Shown here: positions 36,001-49,791 of the stretch, in pieces
Numbering within the stretch: position 1 is the stretch's first letter
Layout: the number at the start of each line of letters is the position of its first letter
NCBI RefSeq assembly: GCF_030144855.1
Contig: NC_082722.1
Coordinates: forward strand, 2,046,001 to 2,110,000
Length of the DNA: 64,000 nucleotides
Direction of reading: 5' to 3'
From: Hypanus sabinus
Taxonomy: Eukaryota
Program-made: the position numbers and the translations under genes
Notes under the pieces: generated by a model
Database searches by the model: none
Seen by the model: only the letters and a program-made list of their open reading frames with translations
What the model was told of the DNA's origin: nothing

Positions 36001-39000
36001 GTTTAGACAATAGACAATAGACAATAGGTGCAGAAGTAGACCATTCGGCCCCTCGAGTCTGTACCGCCATTCTGAGATCATGGCTGATCATTCACTATCA
36101 ATACCCAGTCCCTGCCTTGTCCCCATATCCCTTGATTCCCCTATCCATCAGATATTTATCTAGCTCCTTCTTGAAAGCATCCAGAGAATTGGCCTCCACC
36201 GTCTTCTGAGGCAGTGCATTCCACATCTCCACAACTCTCTGGGAGAAGACGTTTTTCCTCAACTCTGTTTTAAATAACTGACCTCTTATTCTCAATCCAT
36301 GACCTCTGGTACTGGACTCTCCCAACATCTGGAACATATTTCCTGCCTCAATCCTATCAAATCCTTTAATTATCTTAAACGTTTCAATCAGATCCCCTCT
36401 CAACCTCCTCAATTCCAGTGTGTACAAGCCCAATCTCTCCAATCTCTCTGCGTAAGACAGCCCTGCCATCCCAGGAATCCACCTAGTGAATCTACGTTGC
36501 ACTTCCTCAATTGCCAGAATGTCCTTTCTTAAACCTGGAGACCAAAACTGTACACAATATTCCAGGTGTGGTCTCACCAGGGCCCTGTACAAATGCAAAA
36601 GAACATCCTTGCTCTTGTATTCAATTCCCCATGTAACAAAGGCCAACATTCCATTTGCCCTCTTCACTGCCTGTTGCACTTGTTCATTCACCTTCATTGA
36701 CTGGTGAACTAGGACTCCTAGGTCTCTTTGCATTTCTCCCTTACCTAACTCGACACCGTTCAGACAATACTCTGCCCTCTTGTTCCAGCTTCCAAAGTGG
36801 ATAACTTCACATTTATTCACATTGAATGACATCTGCCAAGTATCTGCCCACTCACTCAGCCTATCCAAGTCTCCCTGTATTCTCCTAACGTCCTCTTCGC
36901 ATGTCACACTGCCACCCAGTTTAGTATCGTCAGCAAACTTGCTGATATAGTTTTCAATGCCCTCATCTAAATCGTTGACATAAATCGTAAAGAGCTGTGG
37001 TCCCAATACAGAGCCCTGTGGTACACCACTAGTCTCCTCCAGCCAGTCCGAGAAACACCCATTCACTGCTACCCTTTGCTTTCTATCTGCCAAACAGTTT
37101 TCTATCCATGTTGAAACCCTGCCCCCAATGCCATGGGCTCTAATTTTACTCACCAATCTCCTATGTGGCACCTTATCGAATGCCTTCTGAAAATATAGGT
37201 ACACAACATCCACTGGCTTACCCTCGTCTAACATCCTTGTTACACCCTCAAAAAACTCCAATTAGATTAGTCAAGCATGATTTGCCATTGGTAAATCCAT
37301 GTTGGCTCGGCCTAATCCTATTTCTGCCATTAAGATGTGCCACTATTTCGTCCTTAGTAATGGACTCAAGCATCTTCCCCACGACTGACGTTAGGCTAAC
37401 AGGACAATAGTTCTCCGTTTTCTCCTTCCCTCCCTTCTTGAAAAGTGGGATAACATTAGCCACTCTCCAATCTTCAGGAACTGATCCTGAATCAAAGGAA
37501 CATTGGAAAATGATTAACAATGCAGCCGCAATTTCCTGAGCCACCTCTTTTAGAACCCTCAGATGCAGACCATCTGGACCCGGGGATTTATTAGCCTTCA
37601 GTCCTACCAGTCTACCTATCATCACGGTTTCTTTCCTAATGTCAATCGGTCTCAATTCCTCAGATATCTTATGACCCTGGCCCATCCATACATCTGGGAG
37701 ATTGCTTGTGTCCTCCCTGGTGAAGACAGATCTAAATTACGCATTAAATTCTGTTGCCATTTCCCTGTTTCCCATAACAATTTCTCCCAATTCATTCTTC
37801 AAGGGGCCAACATTGTTCTTAACTATCTTCTTTCTCTTCACATAGCTAAAAAAGCTTTTGCTATCCCCTTTTATATTCCTGGCTAGACTGAGCTCATACC
37901 TGATTTTTTCTCACCGTATTGCTTTGTTAGTTAAGATCTGCTGTTCCTTAAAACTTTGCCAATCATCTGTATTCCCACTCATCTTAGCCCTGTCATACTT
38001 CTTTTTCTTTAATGCTATACAATCTCTGACTTCCTTTGTCAACCACTGTGGCCCCTTCCCCCTCTTTGAATCCTTCCTTCTCATTGGAATGAACTGCTTT
38101 TGCATCTTTTGTATTATCCCCAAGAATATCTGCCACTGCTGATCCACTGTCTTTCCTGCCAGGGCATCCGCCCATTTAACTTTGGCCAGCTCTTCCCTCA
38201 TGGCTCCGTAGCCTCCTTTATTTAATTGCAACACTGACACCTCTGATCTGCCCTTATCCCTCTCAAATTGTAGATAAAAACTTATCATGTTATGATCACT
38301 ACTTCCTAATGGCTCCTTTACTTCAAGATCACTTATCAATTCCTGTTCATTACACATCACCAAGTCCAAAATAGCCTTGTTCCTGGTTGGCTCAAGCACA
38401 AGCTGTTCCAAAAGTACATCCCTTAGACACTCCACAAACTCCCTATCCTGGGGTCCAGCACCTACCTGATTCTCCCAGTTCACCTGCATGTTGAAATCTC
38501 CCATAACGACTGCATTACCTTTAGCACATGCCAATGTTAACTCCCTAATCAACTTGTACCCAATATCCACGCTACTGTTTGGGGGCCTGTACACAACACC
38601 CATTAGGGTCTTTTTACCCTTACTGTTCCTCAGCTCAATCCACACAGACTCTACTTCCCCTGTTCCCAAGTCACCTCTTGCTAGGGACTGAATCTCATTC
38701 CTCACCAACAGGGCCACCCCACCCCCTCTTCCCATATTTCTGTCTCTATGATAGCACGTATATCCTGGTACACTCAATTCCCAGGCCTGATCCCCTTGCA
38801 GCCATGTCTCCGTTATCCCAACAATATCGTAGTTCCACATTTTCATCTGAGCTTCAAGCTCATCTGTCTTATTTCTGACACTACGCGCATTCAAGTATAG
38901 AGTTCTTAGCCCATTCCTCCTCTCTTTGCTTAAAACACTGTCTACTGTACCTAACCCAGCTCCTTGAACTTCCATCGGGCTAATTGCACCTTGAATTTTG

Positions 39001-40364
39001 ATGACCTTCTCAAGATCACCCAAACCTTCTACACATTTAACCCCAAGCTCCTTCTGACCAACCCTCTGGATCTGGATCCCTGCCCCCTGCACATCTAGTT
39101 TAAACCCCCCTGAGCAGCACTGGCAAACATTCCTGCAAGAATGTTAGTACCCCTCCGGTTCAGATGTAGACCGTCCCTTCGAAACAGATCCCAATGTCCC
39201 TGGAACAAAGACCAATTATCCAAAAACCTGAACCCTTCCTTCCTGCACCATGCTCTCAGCCTCGTATTAATGTGCATAATCATTCTATTCTTCGCCTCAC
39301 TCGCACGTGGCACAGGTAGCAATCCCGAGATCGTCACCCTGGAGGTCCTGCCTTTCAGCTTCACTCTTAACTCCCTGAACCCTCTAAGCAGGACTCCCAC
39401 ACTCACCTTACCTACATCGTTGGTCCCTACATGGACCACTACATCTGGGTTCATGCCCTCGTTCTCAAGAATAGCCTGCACCCGATCTGAGATGTCCTGG
39501 ACCCTGGCACCAGGGAGGCAACATACCATCCGAGACTCCCGATCTGCCCCACAAAATCTCCTATCTGCCCCCTAACTATAGAATCCCCTAAAACTATCAC
39601 TCTCTTCTCTGCCCTCCTCCCCTTTCTAGTTGAGGGTTCAACCTCTGTGCCAGAGGCAGGACGACTGCAACTCATTCCTGGTAGGTCATCCCCATCAACA
39701 GTATCCAGTACGGTATACTTATTGTTAATGGGAATGGCCGCAGGGGTGCTCTGCTCTCTCTGCCTGCTCCCCCTGCCTCTCTGGACCGTCACCCATCTGC
39801 CTACTTCTTGGTTTTTTGGTGTGACTACCTCCTGATAACTCCTATCTATCTCTGCCTCCGCCTCCCGAATGATCCGTAGTTCATCCAGCTCCCGCTCCAA
39901 CTCCCTAACTCGGGCTGATAGGAGCTGCAGCTGGACGCACCTATTGCAGGTGTGGTCATCAGGGACAACTGTGTTGACCCTGACTTCCCACATACTGCAT
40001 ACGGAGCACACCACTGCTCTGACTGTCTCCCCCATACCTGAACTGGATTGATAGAATAAGTCTAAAAAGCACCTAGCGACCTTACCTTCTTCCCCTCAGC
40101 GAGCAATCACACAGGCTTACCGAAGTCCCCTTACGCCGAAGCCCACTTAGCCAAAGCCCAGGACTCTGCTTCCACGGACTCCGCTGCCCGCTCTGACAAG
40201 AAGTCCTGCCTTTTAAAGTACGCGCTCGACGGTGACGTCACTCGCGCCTGCGCAGTTCCCCCCCCCCCTCCTCCACAGGTATTGACCAGGTCGGCTTAAA
40301 TCCTACCTGCAACGGTCGAATTCTCTGAGCTCCCAGCTGAATCACAAGCTGTAACTTGCTCCCG
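36001..40364 (-). mobile_element. Full-length, relatively young CR1 LINE (~4.4 kb) inserted in L1 ORF1
   Basis: It has a (GACAATA)n tail at ~36005. ORF1 is at 40035-39095 (Zn finger + SGNH: VLGDSIVRG, VVHVGTND). ORF2 is in three long frames: 39092-37911, 37685-37248 and 37261-36098. Confidence 0.93.
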
Positions 40365-43050
40365 ATTCAATGGATTCTATGGAATTATCAAGAATTAAGA
40401 AGAAAACGATTGATCTGGAAAGCAGAAGTCGAAGGATGAATTTACGTATACGGGGTTTGCCTGAAAATATGGAAACTGGTGAGCCATTAAAGTTGTTTAC
40501 GAATATATTTATACTCACTTTTTAGTGAGATACTCGAAACTTCTCCACTTATAGTTAGAGCTCACCAAATCCCCACCCGAAGCCTTTGGTTGAGATGAAG
40601 CCACGTCTGGTGATTCTGTGTCTGCATTATTTTGCTACTAAAGAAGCAATTATTCGAGATGCTAGGAAGTGGGCGAAGCTAATTTACACTGGAATTGAGT
40701 TTTGTATAGTTGAAAATTTTGCCTCTGAGTTTTATGCAGAAAGAAATAAACAATGGGAAGTGATGGCTGAACTTTATAAAAAGAACTGTCGTCCCTCTCT
40801 GTGCTATTCTGCTCGCTTGATAATTTTTCTACCTAACGCCCATCCAAAATGACTTGATTCCCCAGAGGAGGGTTGGAAATTTGTCAAGGAGTTTAAGACT
40901 ATCATGTAAGCAAATCCAACAATGCCTGTTTTGCAAGCAACTCCAACGTTCAATCCTTAGCTGAGAATTATTTGCAGCTGAATCTTTGAAATTTCAATTT
41001 ACATTCAATAGCTGCATAGACATCACTTTGACTCTTTTATTTTATTTTTCTTGAAGATTTTTAAGAATTTAACACTAGCCATAACATATTATTTACTTGC
41101 GGTCTATCTTTTCTGAATATATGATCAATTTTAATTAAATGAATTTAAGATGGCACTGTCAATTACATTCTAACATCTATTAGGCATAATATTAAATTTA
41201 TTCTTTAGCTGAGAGTCATTAGCAGCTGAATCGTTCTAAGTTCAATTTATGTTCTTTGTCGGTCCAGACATCATTTGCGCTGTTTTAGTTTTGTTCTTCT
41301 GCTTCTTTTTTTTTTAGGATCTGTAAGTGTTTAGTATCAGTCTTAACATATTATTTGGTTGTATATTTCTTTTTTTGAATATATGATCATTTTTATTAAA
41401 CGAATTTAAGATGGTCACTGTTAACTATGTTCTAACTTCTTTTATACATATCATAATATTTGGAATTTCTCAATTTTTTTACGTATCTGTTGTTGTGTCT
41501 TTAGTCACTGGTGTCAGTATATAACTTATTTTCAAAAGAAAGAGTCTGCCTATTACAGACAAAAGGGTTAGGGTCTTTAGTTTAGCGTGCTTTCCGCCTA
41601 TTGCATGGTTTTTTTCTGGCTTTGGGGAGAGAGGGGTGGGGCTATTAGTTTGGGTATTTTTCCACTAGGCAGTCCTGAGAGGTTTTCCTGTCAATTATGC
41701 TTTTTTTTCTTTCTGATCGAATCCATAATTTGTTGCTCCCTGCAGGTTTGGTTTGTGTTCGGCGCACTAATTTATTTTATAAAACTTTAAATTAGAGTCT
41801 TAGTATGGATGTTAATAAAATTAATATAATTTCCTGGAACCTGAACGGCTTGAACAAACCTACTAAATGTAGAAAGGTTTTTAAGAAATTTAAAACACTT
41901 CAAGCTGATATTGTTTTTGCACAAGAGACCCACATCCGTAGGGAAGATGAAAACCATTTTTCTTTTAATTTTGGAAGGGCTCTCAATTTCACTCTTCATC
42001 AGTAACTAAAAATAGAGGGGTGTCTGTTTTTATTAATTTTAAAGTCAATTTTGTACATTTTAATACTGTCAGTGATTCAATTGGAAGATACTTAATTGTT
42101 ACTGGCTTGTTATGTAATCAAAAGTTGGCATTGGTATGTGTGTACACACGTAATGTAGATAGCCCTACATTTTTAAGAGGTTATTTTCTGCAATGCCGAA
42201 TTTAAATGAATATAAGTTGATTATGGGCAGTGATTTTAACTGCTGTCTCAATCCCTCAATTGATAGGTGGCCAACTAATCTGTGCCTTCCTAATAAGGCT
42301 GCGTCCTGTATTAATTCTTTTTAATTAGAATATGGTTTGGAGGATATTTGGAGATTTTTTTTATCCTAAAGATAAGAATTTTTCCTTTTTTTCCCATGTA
42401 CATTATAAATATTCAAGAATTGATTATTTTAAATTAGATGCACGATTCATGTCTTTTATTGCCGATTGTGCGTGTGATGCTATTGCGCTGTCGGACCATA
42501 CATCCATGAGACTTGCACTGAAGCTCTCTGATAATACACAGAATTCAGCTCAGTGAAGATTTAATGCTGCATTGCTCCAAGATTCAGCATTTGTAAGTTT
42601 TATTAAAGAGCAAATCTCTTTAGTTTTTAAATTATATACAACTGAGGGTATGTCAAATTTGGTTATTTGGGATATGATTAAATCTTTTCTTAGCGGACAG
42701 GTAATTTCATTTTCAGCAGCTTTAAGAAAGAAAACTAAAGTGAAGTTTTTAGTGATTACTAATAGGATTAAAGAAATAGATAAAGTTTATTCAGTATCAC
42801 CTACTGAAGATTTATATAAGGAAAGGTGAAACTTCAAACACAGCATGACTTGTTATTGACATATCCCAGTGAGCATCAACTTTTAAAATCTAACCATCAA
42901 TTTTATATACATGGAGATAAGTCAGGTAAATTGTTGACTGCTCAACTCAAAACAACTATGATTAGAAGACAGATTTTGAAAATATGAAGATCTGATAGAA
43001 CTGAAACATCAGATTGTCAGAAGATTAATAAGGTTTTTTTGGACTTCAAT

Positions 43051-46000
43051 ATTTTTAAAATCTTTTTATTAATTTCTAAAAAAACCAAAGTAAAACATGA
43101 ATACATAGAGTTTGAGAGTACATAGTTAATAGTTTAAATAAGCATTCAAATAGATGATAATCAATATATAATAACCTCCCAAACTCATGGTAATTACGAG
43201 CAAAAGAAGTTTTAAAAAAAAACCAAAAAAAGAGAAAACAACACTAACCAACATGGGCCATTGGATTATGTCAAATATATACAGTAGTGCCGATAACTCT
43301 GAACCTCCATCCAAATAATTAAGGATAATAAAAGTGAGGTTTAGGAAAAGACAATTTAACTCATATGAAAATGTTGAATAAATGGTCTCCAAATTCTTCA
43401 AATTTAACTGAAGGATCAAAGACAACACTTCTAATTTTTTTTCTAAGCTCAAACAAGAAATAGTTTGCGAAAACCACTGAAATATAGTTGGAGGATTAAT
43501 TTCTTTCCAATTCAATAGAATAGATCTTCTAGACATTAATGTAACAAATGCAATCATCCATCGAGCTGTGGGGGATAAATGACTATTATCCGCCATTGGT
43601 AAACCGAAAATTGCAGTAATCGGATGCATTTGGAAATTTATATTCAGAACTGTTGAAATAATACCGAAAATATCTTTCCAATAATTTTGCAAACAAGGGC
43701 AAGACCAAAACATGTGGGTCAATGAAGCAACATCAGACTGACATCTGTCACAGGTTGGATTAACATAAGAATAAAATCGGGCAAGTTTATCTTTGGACAT
43801 GTGAGCCTTATGTACAACCTTAAATTGTATTAGGGCATGTTTAGCACAAATAGAAGAAGAATTGACTAATTGTAAAATTTTCTCCCACTGCTCAGTGGGT
43901 ATAAGACAATGAAGTTCTTTTTCCCATTCCTTCTTAATTTTTTCTGATACCTCTGGCTGTATTTTCATGATCATATTATAAATGATGGCTACTAAACCCT
44001 TCTGACAAGGATTCAGAGCTAACACTTTTTCCATAATGTCCGATGGACATAATTTCGGAAAAGACTGTAACTCATTATTCAAAAAATTTTTAACTTGCAA
44101 ATATCTAAAAAAATGAGTTTTAGGTAAATTATATTTATTAGATAGCTGTTCAAAGAACATAAAACTGTTATCTAAAAATAGAAAACATGTTATACCTATT
44201 GTTTTCCATAAAACAAAGGCTTGATCCATAAAAGAGGGCTGAAAAAGAAAGTTAGATATTATAGTGCTTGATAAGATGAACTTATTCAAGCCAAAAATGT
44301 ATGTTTAACTATAGGATTAGTTATTTTTTTATTCAATTTAGATAAAGAAAAGGAAGTGAAAATCCTAAAATTGAAAACAATGAAAAGTCTTGTACAGATT
44401 GACATTCCAAATTTACCCATTGTGGGCAAGCTGCTTTGGTCGATTCTTGTGTCCAAAATATTAAATAACGTATATTAACTGCCCAATAGTAAAATCTCAG
44501 GTTTGGCAAAGCCAAACCGTCCTCTTTCTTAGGCTTCTGTAAATATTTTTTGCTTAGTCTAGGATTTTTATTCCGCCACAGATAGGAAGGTATTTTGGAG
44601 TCAATAATATCAAAAAAAGATTTAGGAATAAAAATTGGTAATGTTTGAAATAAATATAAGAATTTGGGTGATACCATCATCTTAATAGCATTAATTCGAC
44701 CAACCAATGACAAAGATAGTGGAGACCACCTGGTAACAAGTTACTTAATTTGGTCAATTAAAGGTAAAAAATTAACTTTAAATAAATTTTTATGTTTTTT
44801 GGTAATTTTAATACCCAAATAAGTAAAATAATCTGTGACAACTTTAAATGGTAAATGCTTATAAATTGGAACTTGCATATTTAATGGAAATAATTTGCTT
44901 ATATTAATATTCAATTTGTAACCAGAAAAGTTACTAAACTGAGCAAGCAAGGACGAAATAGCAGGAATAGATCTCTCAGGGTCGGATATGTATAGTAACA
45001 AATTATCAGCATATAATGATAACTTATACGTCCCTTCCCCACGAGTAATACCCAAAATATCAGGTGATTAATAAAAGGCTACAGCTAAAGGTTCCAAAAC
45101 CATGTCAAATAGTAAATGACTTAAAGGACAACCTTGCCTTGTACCACGGAATAACTGAAAAAAAGGAGATCTTTGATTATTGGTAAAGACCGAAGCCAAG
45201 GGTTTATAGTATATTAATTTAATCTATGATATAAAATTCGAACTAAAATTAAAATGCTGCAACGTATTAAATAAATATGGCCATTCAACTCTATCAAATG
45301 CATTTTCAGCATCTAAGGAAATGACACATTCTGGTATTTTGGGTGAAGGAGTATAAATAATATTAATTTTCTAATGTTAAAAGATGAGTAACGGTTTTTA
45401 ATAAATCCAGTCTGATCTTCAGAAATAATTCGAGGTAATATATTTTCTAATCTAGTGGCCAAAATTTTACTAAAAATCTTAAAATCCATATTCAGCAAGG
45501 ATATAGGCCGATAGGATGCACATTCAGTGGGATCTTTATCTTTTTTAAGAATTAAAGAAATAGAGGCTTCATAAAAAGACTATGGCAATTTACCTATAGT
45601 TAACGCATCTTTAAAAATTTTACAAAGCCAAGGAGAGAGTATAGAGGAAAAGGATTTAAAAAATTCTACAGAATAACCATCCGGACCCGGAGCTTTACCG
45701 GAATTCATTGAAAAAGTAGCCTTTTTTATTTCAGTTTCCGTAGTAGGTGCATCTAGGAATACACTATCCTGTGTTGTTAATTTTGGGATATTCAATTTTC
45801 TTAAAAATTCATCTATTATAGAAGAATGCTCAACAAATTCTGATTGATATAAAGAATTATAAAACACTTGAAAGGCTTTATTTATCTCTTTATGGTCGAT
45901 CGTCAGAGTGCCATCTCATTTACGAATCCTAGTAATTTGTCATTTAACCGAAGCAGTTTTCAATTCATTAGCTAATAATTTGCCAGACTTATCTACTCGT

Positions 46001-48830
46001 ACATAAAACTGGGTTCTAGATTTAATTAACTGATTTTCAATCGAAGAGGATAATAACAAACTATGCTCCATTTGAAGTTCAACTCTTTCTTTATAAAGTT
46101 CTTTGCTGGGGGTCACTGAATAAATCTTATCAATTGCTTTGATTTTATCAACCAATGTTAATATTTTAGAATTAGTTCGTTTCCTAACTCCAGCAGAGTA
46201 TGAAATAATCTGTCTACGAATAAATGCTTTAAAAGTGTCCCATAAAATCCCAGTAGAGATCTCTACTGTAGAATTTGTTGAGAAAAACAAATCAATTTGT
46301 TGTTTAATAAAATTAAGAAAGTCAAAGTCCTGCAATAAAATAGAGTTGAACCTCCAAGATTTAGCATTAGTAGATGAGTCCATTGTCTTAATAGATAGCT
46401 TCAAAGGTGCATGGTCAGAAATGGTAATGGAATCAATAACATCTGTAAGTAAACGGTGATCAATAAAAAAATAATCAATTCTTGAATAATTATGATATAC
46501 ATGAGAAAAGTATGAAAACTCCTTGTCATTGGGGTGTAAAAAACACCAAATTTCGGAAATTCCAGAATCAGTCATAAAGGAATTAATAAGAGAGGCCGAT
46601 TTATTCGGAGGAGCTTGGGTGGGAGATCTATCTATCGAAGGGTTTAAACAACAGTTAAAATCCCCACCCATTATCAGCCTGTACTGATTCAAATTAGGAA
46701 AGGATGTAAATAGGCATTTAAAAAATTCAGGACAATCAGTGTTTGGAGCATAAACATTAACTAAAACAACTTTTTGATTGAAAAGTAGACCAGTAATAAG
46801 CAAAAATCTACCTTATGAGTCTGAAATTGTTTCATAGTGTATAAAAGAAGTTGAAGAATCTATAAAAATGGAAACGCCTCTTACTTTGGCTTGGGAATTC
46901 GAGTGATACTGTTGGCCTTTTCAAAACCTAAAAAAGCGTTGACTATCCACCTTCCTCACATGAGTCTCTTGTACAAAGATAATATTAGCATTCATTCTGT
47001 GGAATACTTTGAATATTTTTTCTGTTTGATTGGATGATTTAAACTATTAGTATTCCAAGAAATAAAATTAATAATCTTTTCCATATTGCCAATACTTATT
47101 ACAATTAACACATAAGGTTAAAAAAAAAGATGAACTCATGAATCGGAAGAGGGAAGTAAGTTCAAGGAGGAACCGGAAGTCATGACACAGCAACCATTTT
47201 TGTAGTTTCGAATCAGCCCATGAAGTAAAAATAAGCGTGAAGCAAGCAAAAGGAAAAATCCCCCTCCCTCCACTCTCAAAACCCCAGGAAAAAAGCCAAA
47301 AAGAGGCAAGCGAGCGATCTAACACTACATTTACCCCCATGTCTCAAGACGGCAACTCAAACAAAAAAGTTAAATAAAAGATACAAACCACCCATATTAT
47401 ATGAAATGGTTAGTATAACAAAGACTATAGTATAAAATTGGTATTATATATATAAAACAAAAGGATTTAAAAAAAATTAAAACGATAAAACCCATAAATG
47501 GATTAGTGTTTTAAAAGAAAGTCCTTCAACTTATTCAGACACATCAAAACGGATGTGACGTATCCAAGCACTAAGGTCTTCTGGGGAAAAGAAACGACAT
47601 CTTAGAAAAGTTTTTTTTTTAAATCTTAATATTTAAACGTTAAAAATATAAAAAAGTGTATATGAACTTAAAAGAAAACCCTACTGAGTTACTTTCAAAA
47701 CTAACAGAATAATAATATAAAAGGAACAAACTCAAAATAAACCAAAAACGGACTTTTACCATGTGTAAGAAATACATGTAAGCCATCACGTAAAAAAAAT
47801 CATCATTTTATAAAAGATCCAAATCTATGAACTAATTATTACATTAGTCAACCCGTAGTAAATAAAAGTATTATTCTTCAAGAAATCTTTGAGCATCCAC
47901 TGGAGATTTGAACAGCGGGTAAATCCCATCCTTGAGAGTAACTCTCAATTGTGCTGGAAATAACAGCGCTTGCTTGTAGCCTTTCTGATGAATTTCTGAC
48001 ATAACCGATTTAAAAGCCATTCTTGCCCTTAAAACTTAGGGACTATAGTCTTCTAGAATACGGAATTTTAAATCTTGAAAGCTGATCATACTCTTTTTCC
48101 GGGCAGCCTGAATCAAACATTCTTTGGTATGATGTTGACGGATCCAGAGAATTACTTGTCGTGGTTTCAAACCTGAATCTGATTGAAAACGAGAAATGCG
48201 ATGTGCACGGTCGATTATTGGAGGGGAATCCAGTACTTCTGAGCCGAAGACCTCCATTAAAAATTTGGAGAAAAATACAGTGAGATCGCCATTCTCAATT
48301 TTTTCTGGAATCCTTATTATCCGGAGATTTTGTCTTCGAGAGCAGTTTTCAAGATCAGTGATTTTAGATTTATAACAATCCAGCAGTTGAGAAGTTGAAG
48401 ATTGCTGTTGTTTCAGAGTTTCAATTTTGCAATCTCTCTGGCGAGCGGCATCTTCAAGAACTAAAATACTTGCTTGTTGTTGTTGTAAATCCCATGTAAG
48501 TGATTGAAGTTTTGCATCAAGTGTCTTTAAAATTTCATCGAACGTAGAAAGCTTTGAGGTTAATTTATTCTCCAGTTTTTCAAGTCTGTCGTCCATAAGC
48601 TTCGCAATTGCTTCCAAAATTAATGGTCCTTTCGTCTGATTCAGTTCCTTTGCTTTACACATTTCAACGAGTTGAAAATGATTCAAACAATTGAAAAAGA
48701 TTTCATACATCTGAACCCCTTTAGAATAGGTATAAAAAGATCAATTAGGGGCTGCTTGTAGGTAAAAAAAAGTAAAAGGATTGGAGCGAAGCCTAAAACC
48801 GCTTCACTCCATAAGCACCATCTTGAGACC
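43051..48830 (-). mobile_element. Full-length L1-clade LINE (~5.8 kb), antisense within the older L1
   Basis: The direct repeat GGACTTCAAT flanks it at 43041-43050 and 48831-48840. ORF1 is at 48710-~47950 (DLENCSRRQNLRII). ORF2 pieces lie at 46803-45940, 45867-45580, 45055-44741, 44713-44333 and 44289-43126. Confidence 0.92.
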
Positions 48831-49279
48831 GGACTTCAATCTTTATAAATCTGATTTTCCACACAACAATACTTTTATGAATGAATTTCTGCAAAGATTG
48901 AATATACCCCAAATCTCTACCCAAGATATGAAGACTTTAACTGCGCCCATTAATCAAGAGGAAATAGCAAGAGTTATATCTTCTTTTCAATTAGGTAAAG
49001 CTCCAGGTCCGGATGGATTTATGGTAGAACTTTTTAAGATGTTTACGGAAATACTTACACCTTATTTATGCCAAATTTTCACTGATTCTGTTTCTTCTGG
49101 GTCCCTCCTGAAAACTTTCTATGAGGCATCGATTTCATTAATTTGCCAAAAAAGAAAAAGATTTATCTGAATGTGGCTCTTACAATTTCCTTATTAAATG
49201 TGGATTCTAAAATTCTGTCTAGGATTTTGGCTAACAGGCTTCGGTCTGTTTTACCTGTTTTATTTCTAAAACTCTTCTT

Positions 49280-49753
49280 CTTCTTCAAAGGACAGATGCA
49301 GACACAGGACATGAGACACCGAGCCGGGACTCTGCCTTTAAATCGGGCATCGAGCCAGGACTCTACTTCTTTAAGGAACAGACGCAGACACGGGGCGTGA
49401 AACACCGGACCAAAGTTCGTGCCAACCTGCAGGAGCTCTTAACTCACCCCTGGTGGTTTGACCTTACGCGGACCCACTCTGGCAAGGGAAGGTTAATTGA
49501 TGGCACTCCGCTGCAGGAAAGGACCTGGCTTGCTTCCACAAGAAACGTAGTCAGCTCTGGTTGGATAACTCTGGCTTGTAGTAGTGACGGTGATTTGCCA
49601 AAGTTCCTTAACACTCTCGCCCCGATAGCTAAACCCAGGGGCTTATAAACTGCCAGTTCGGTAGAGAGTAGATTACCTTAATGGCCAAGCTCGAGGGTCA
49701 CATGAAACAGGAAATTAGAAGGGAACAAGGAGTCAATGGTCAGGATCATAACA
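49280..49753 (-). mobile_element. Possible truncated LTR
   Basis: The minus strand begins TGTTATGA and has a TATA-like TTTATAAG. No CA end, polyA signal or TSD was found. Confidence 0.3.
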
Positions 49754-49791
49754 CAACCTAACTAAATTTAAAGGGGAACCGATCGGGACCA

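Larger units (their letters stand above)
35490..49265 (+). mobile_element. Old L1-clade LINE in three pieces (~35490-36000, 40365-43050, 48831-49265), 3'-incomplete
   Basis: The ORF1 coiled coil (KISTMEKRIVE) resumes after CR1 as ...TIDLESRSRRMNLRIRGLPE. The EN domain (ISWNLNG, FAQETH) is at 41805. ORF2 resumes after the antisense L1 with GKAPGPDGF. Confidence 0.75.
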
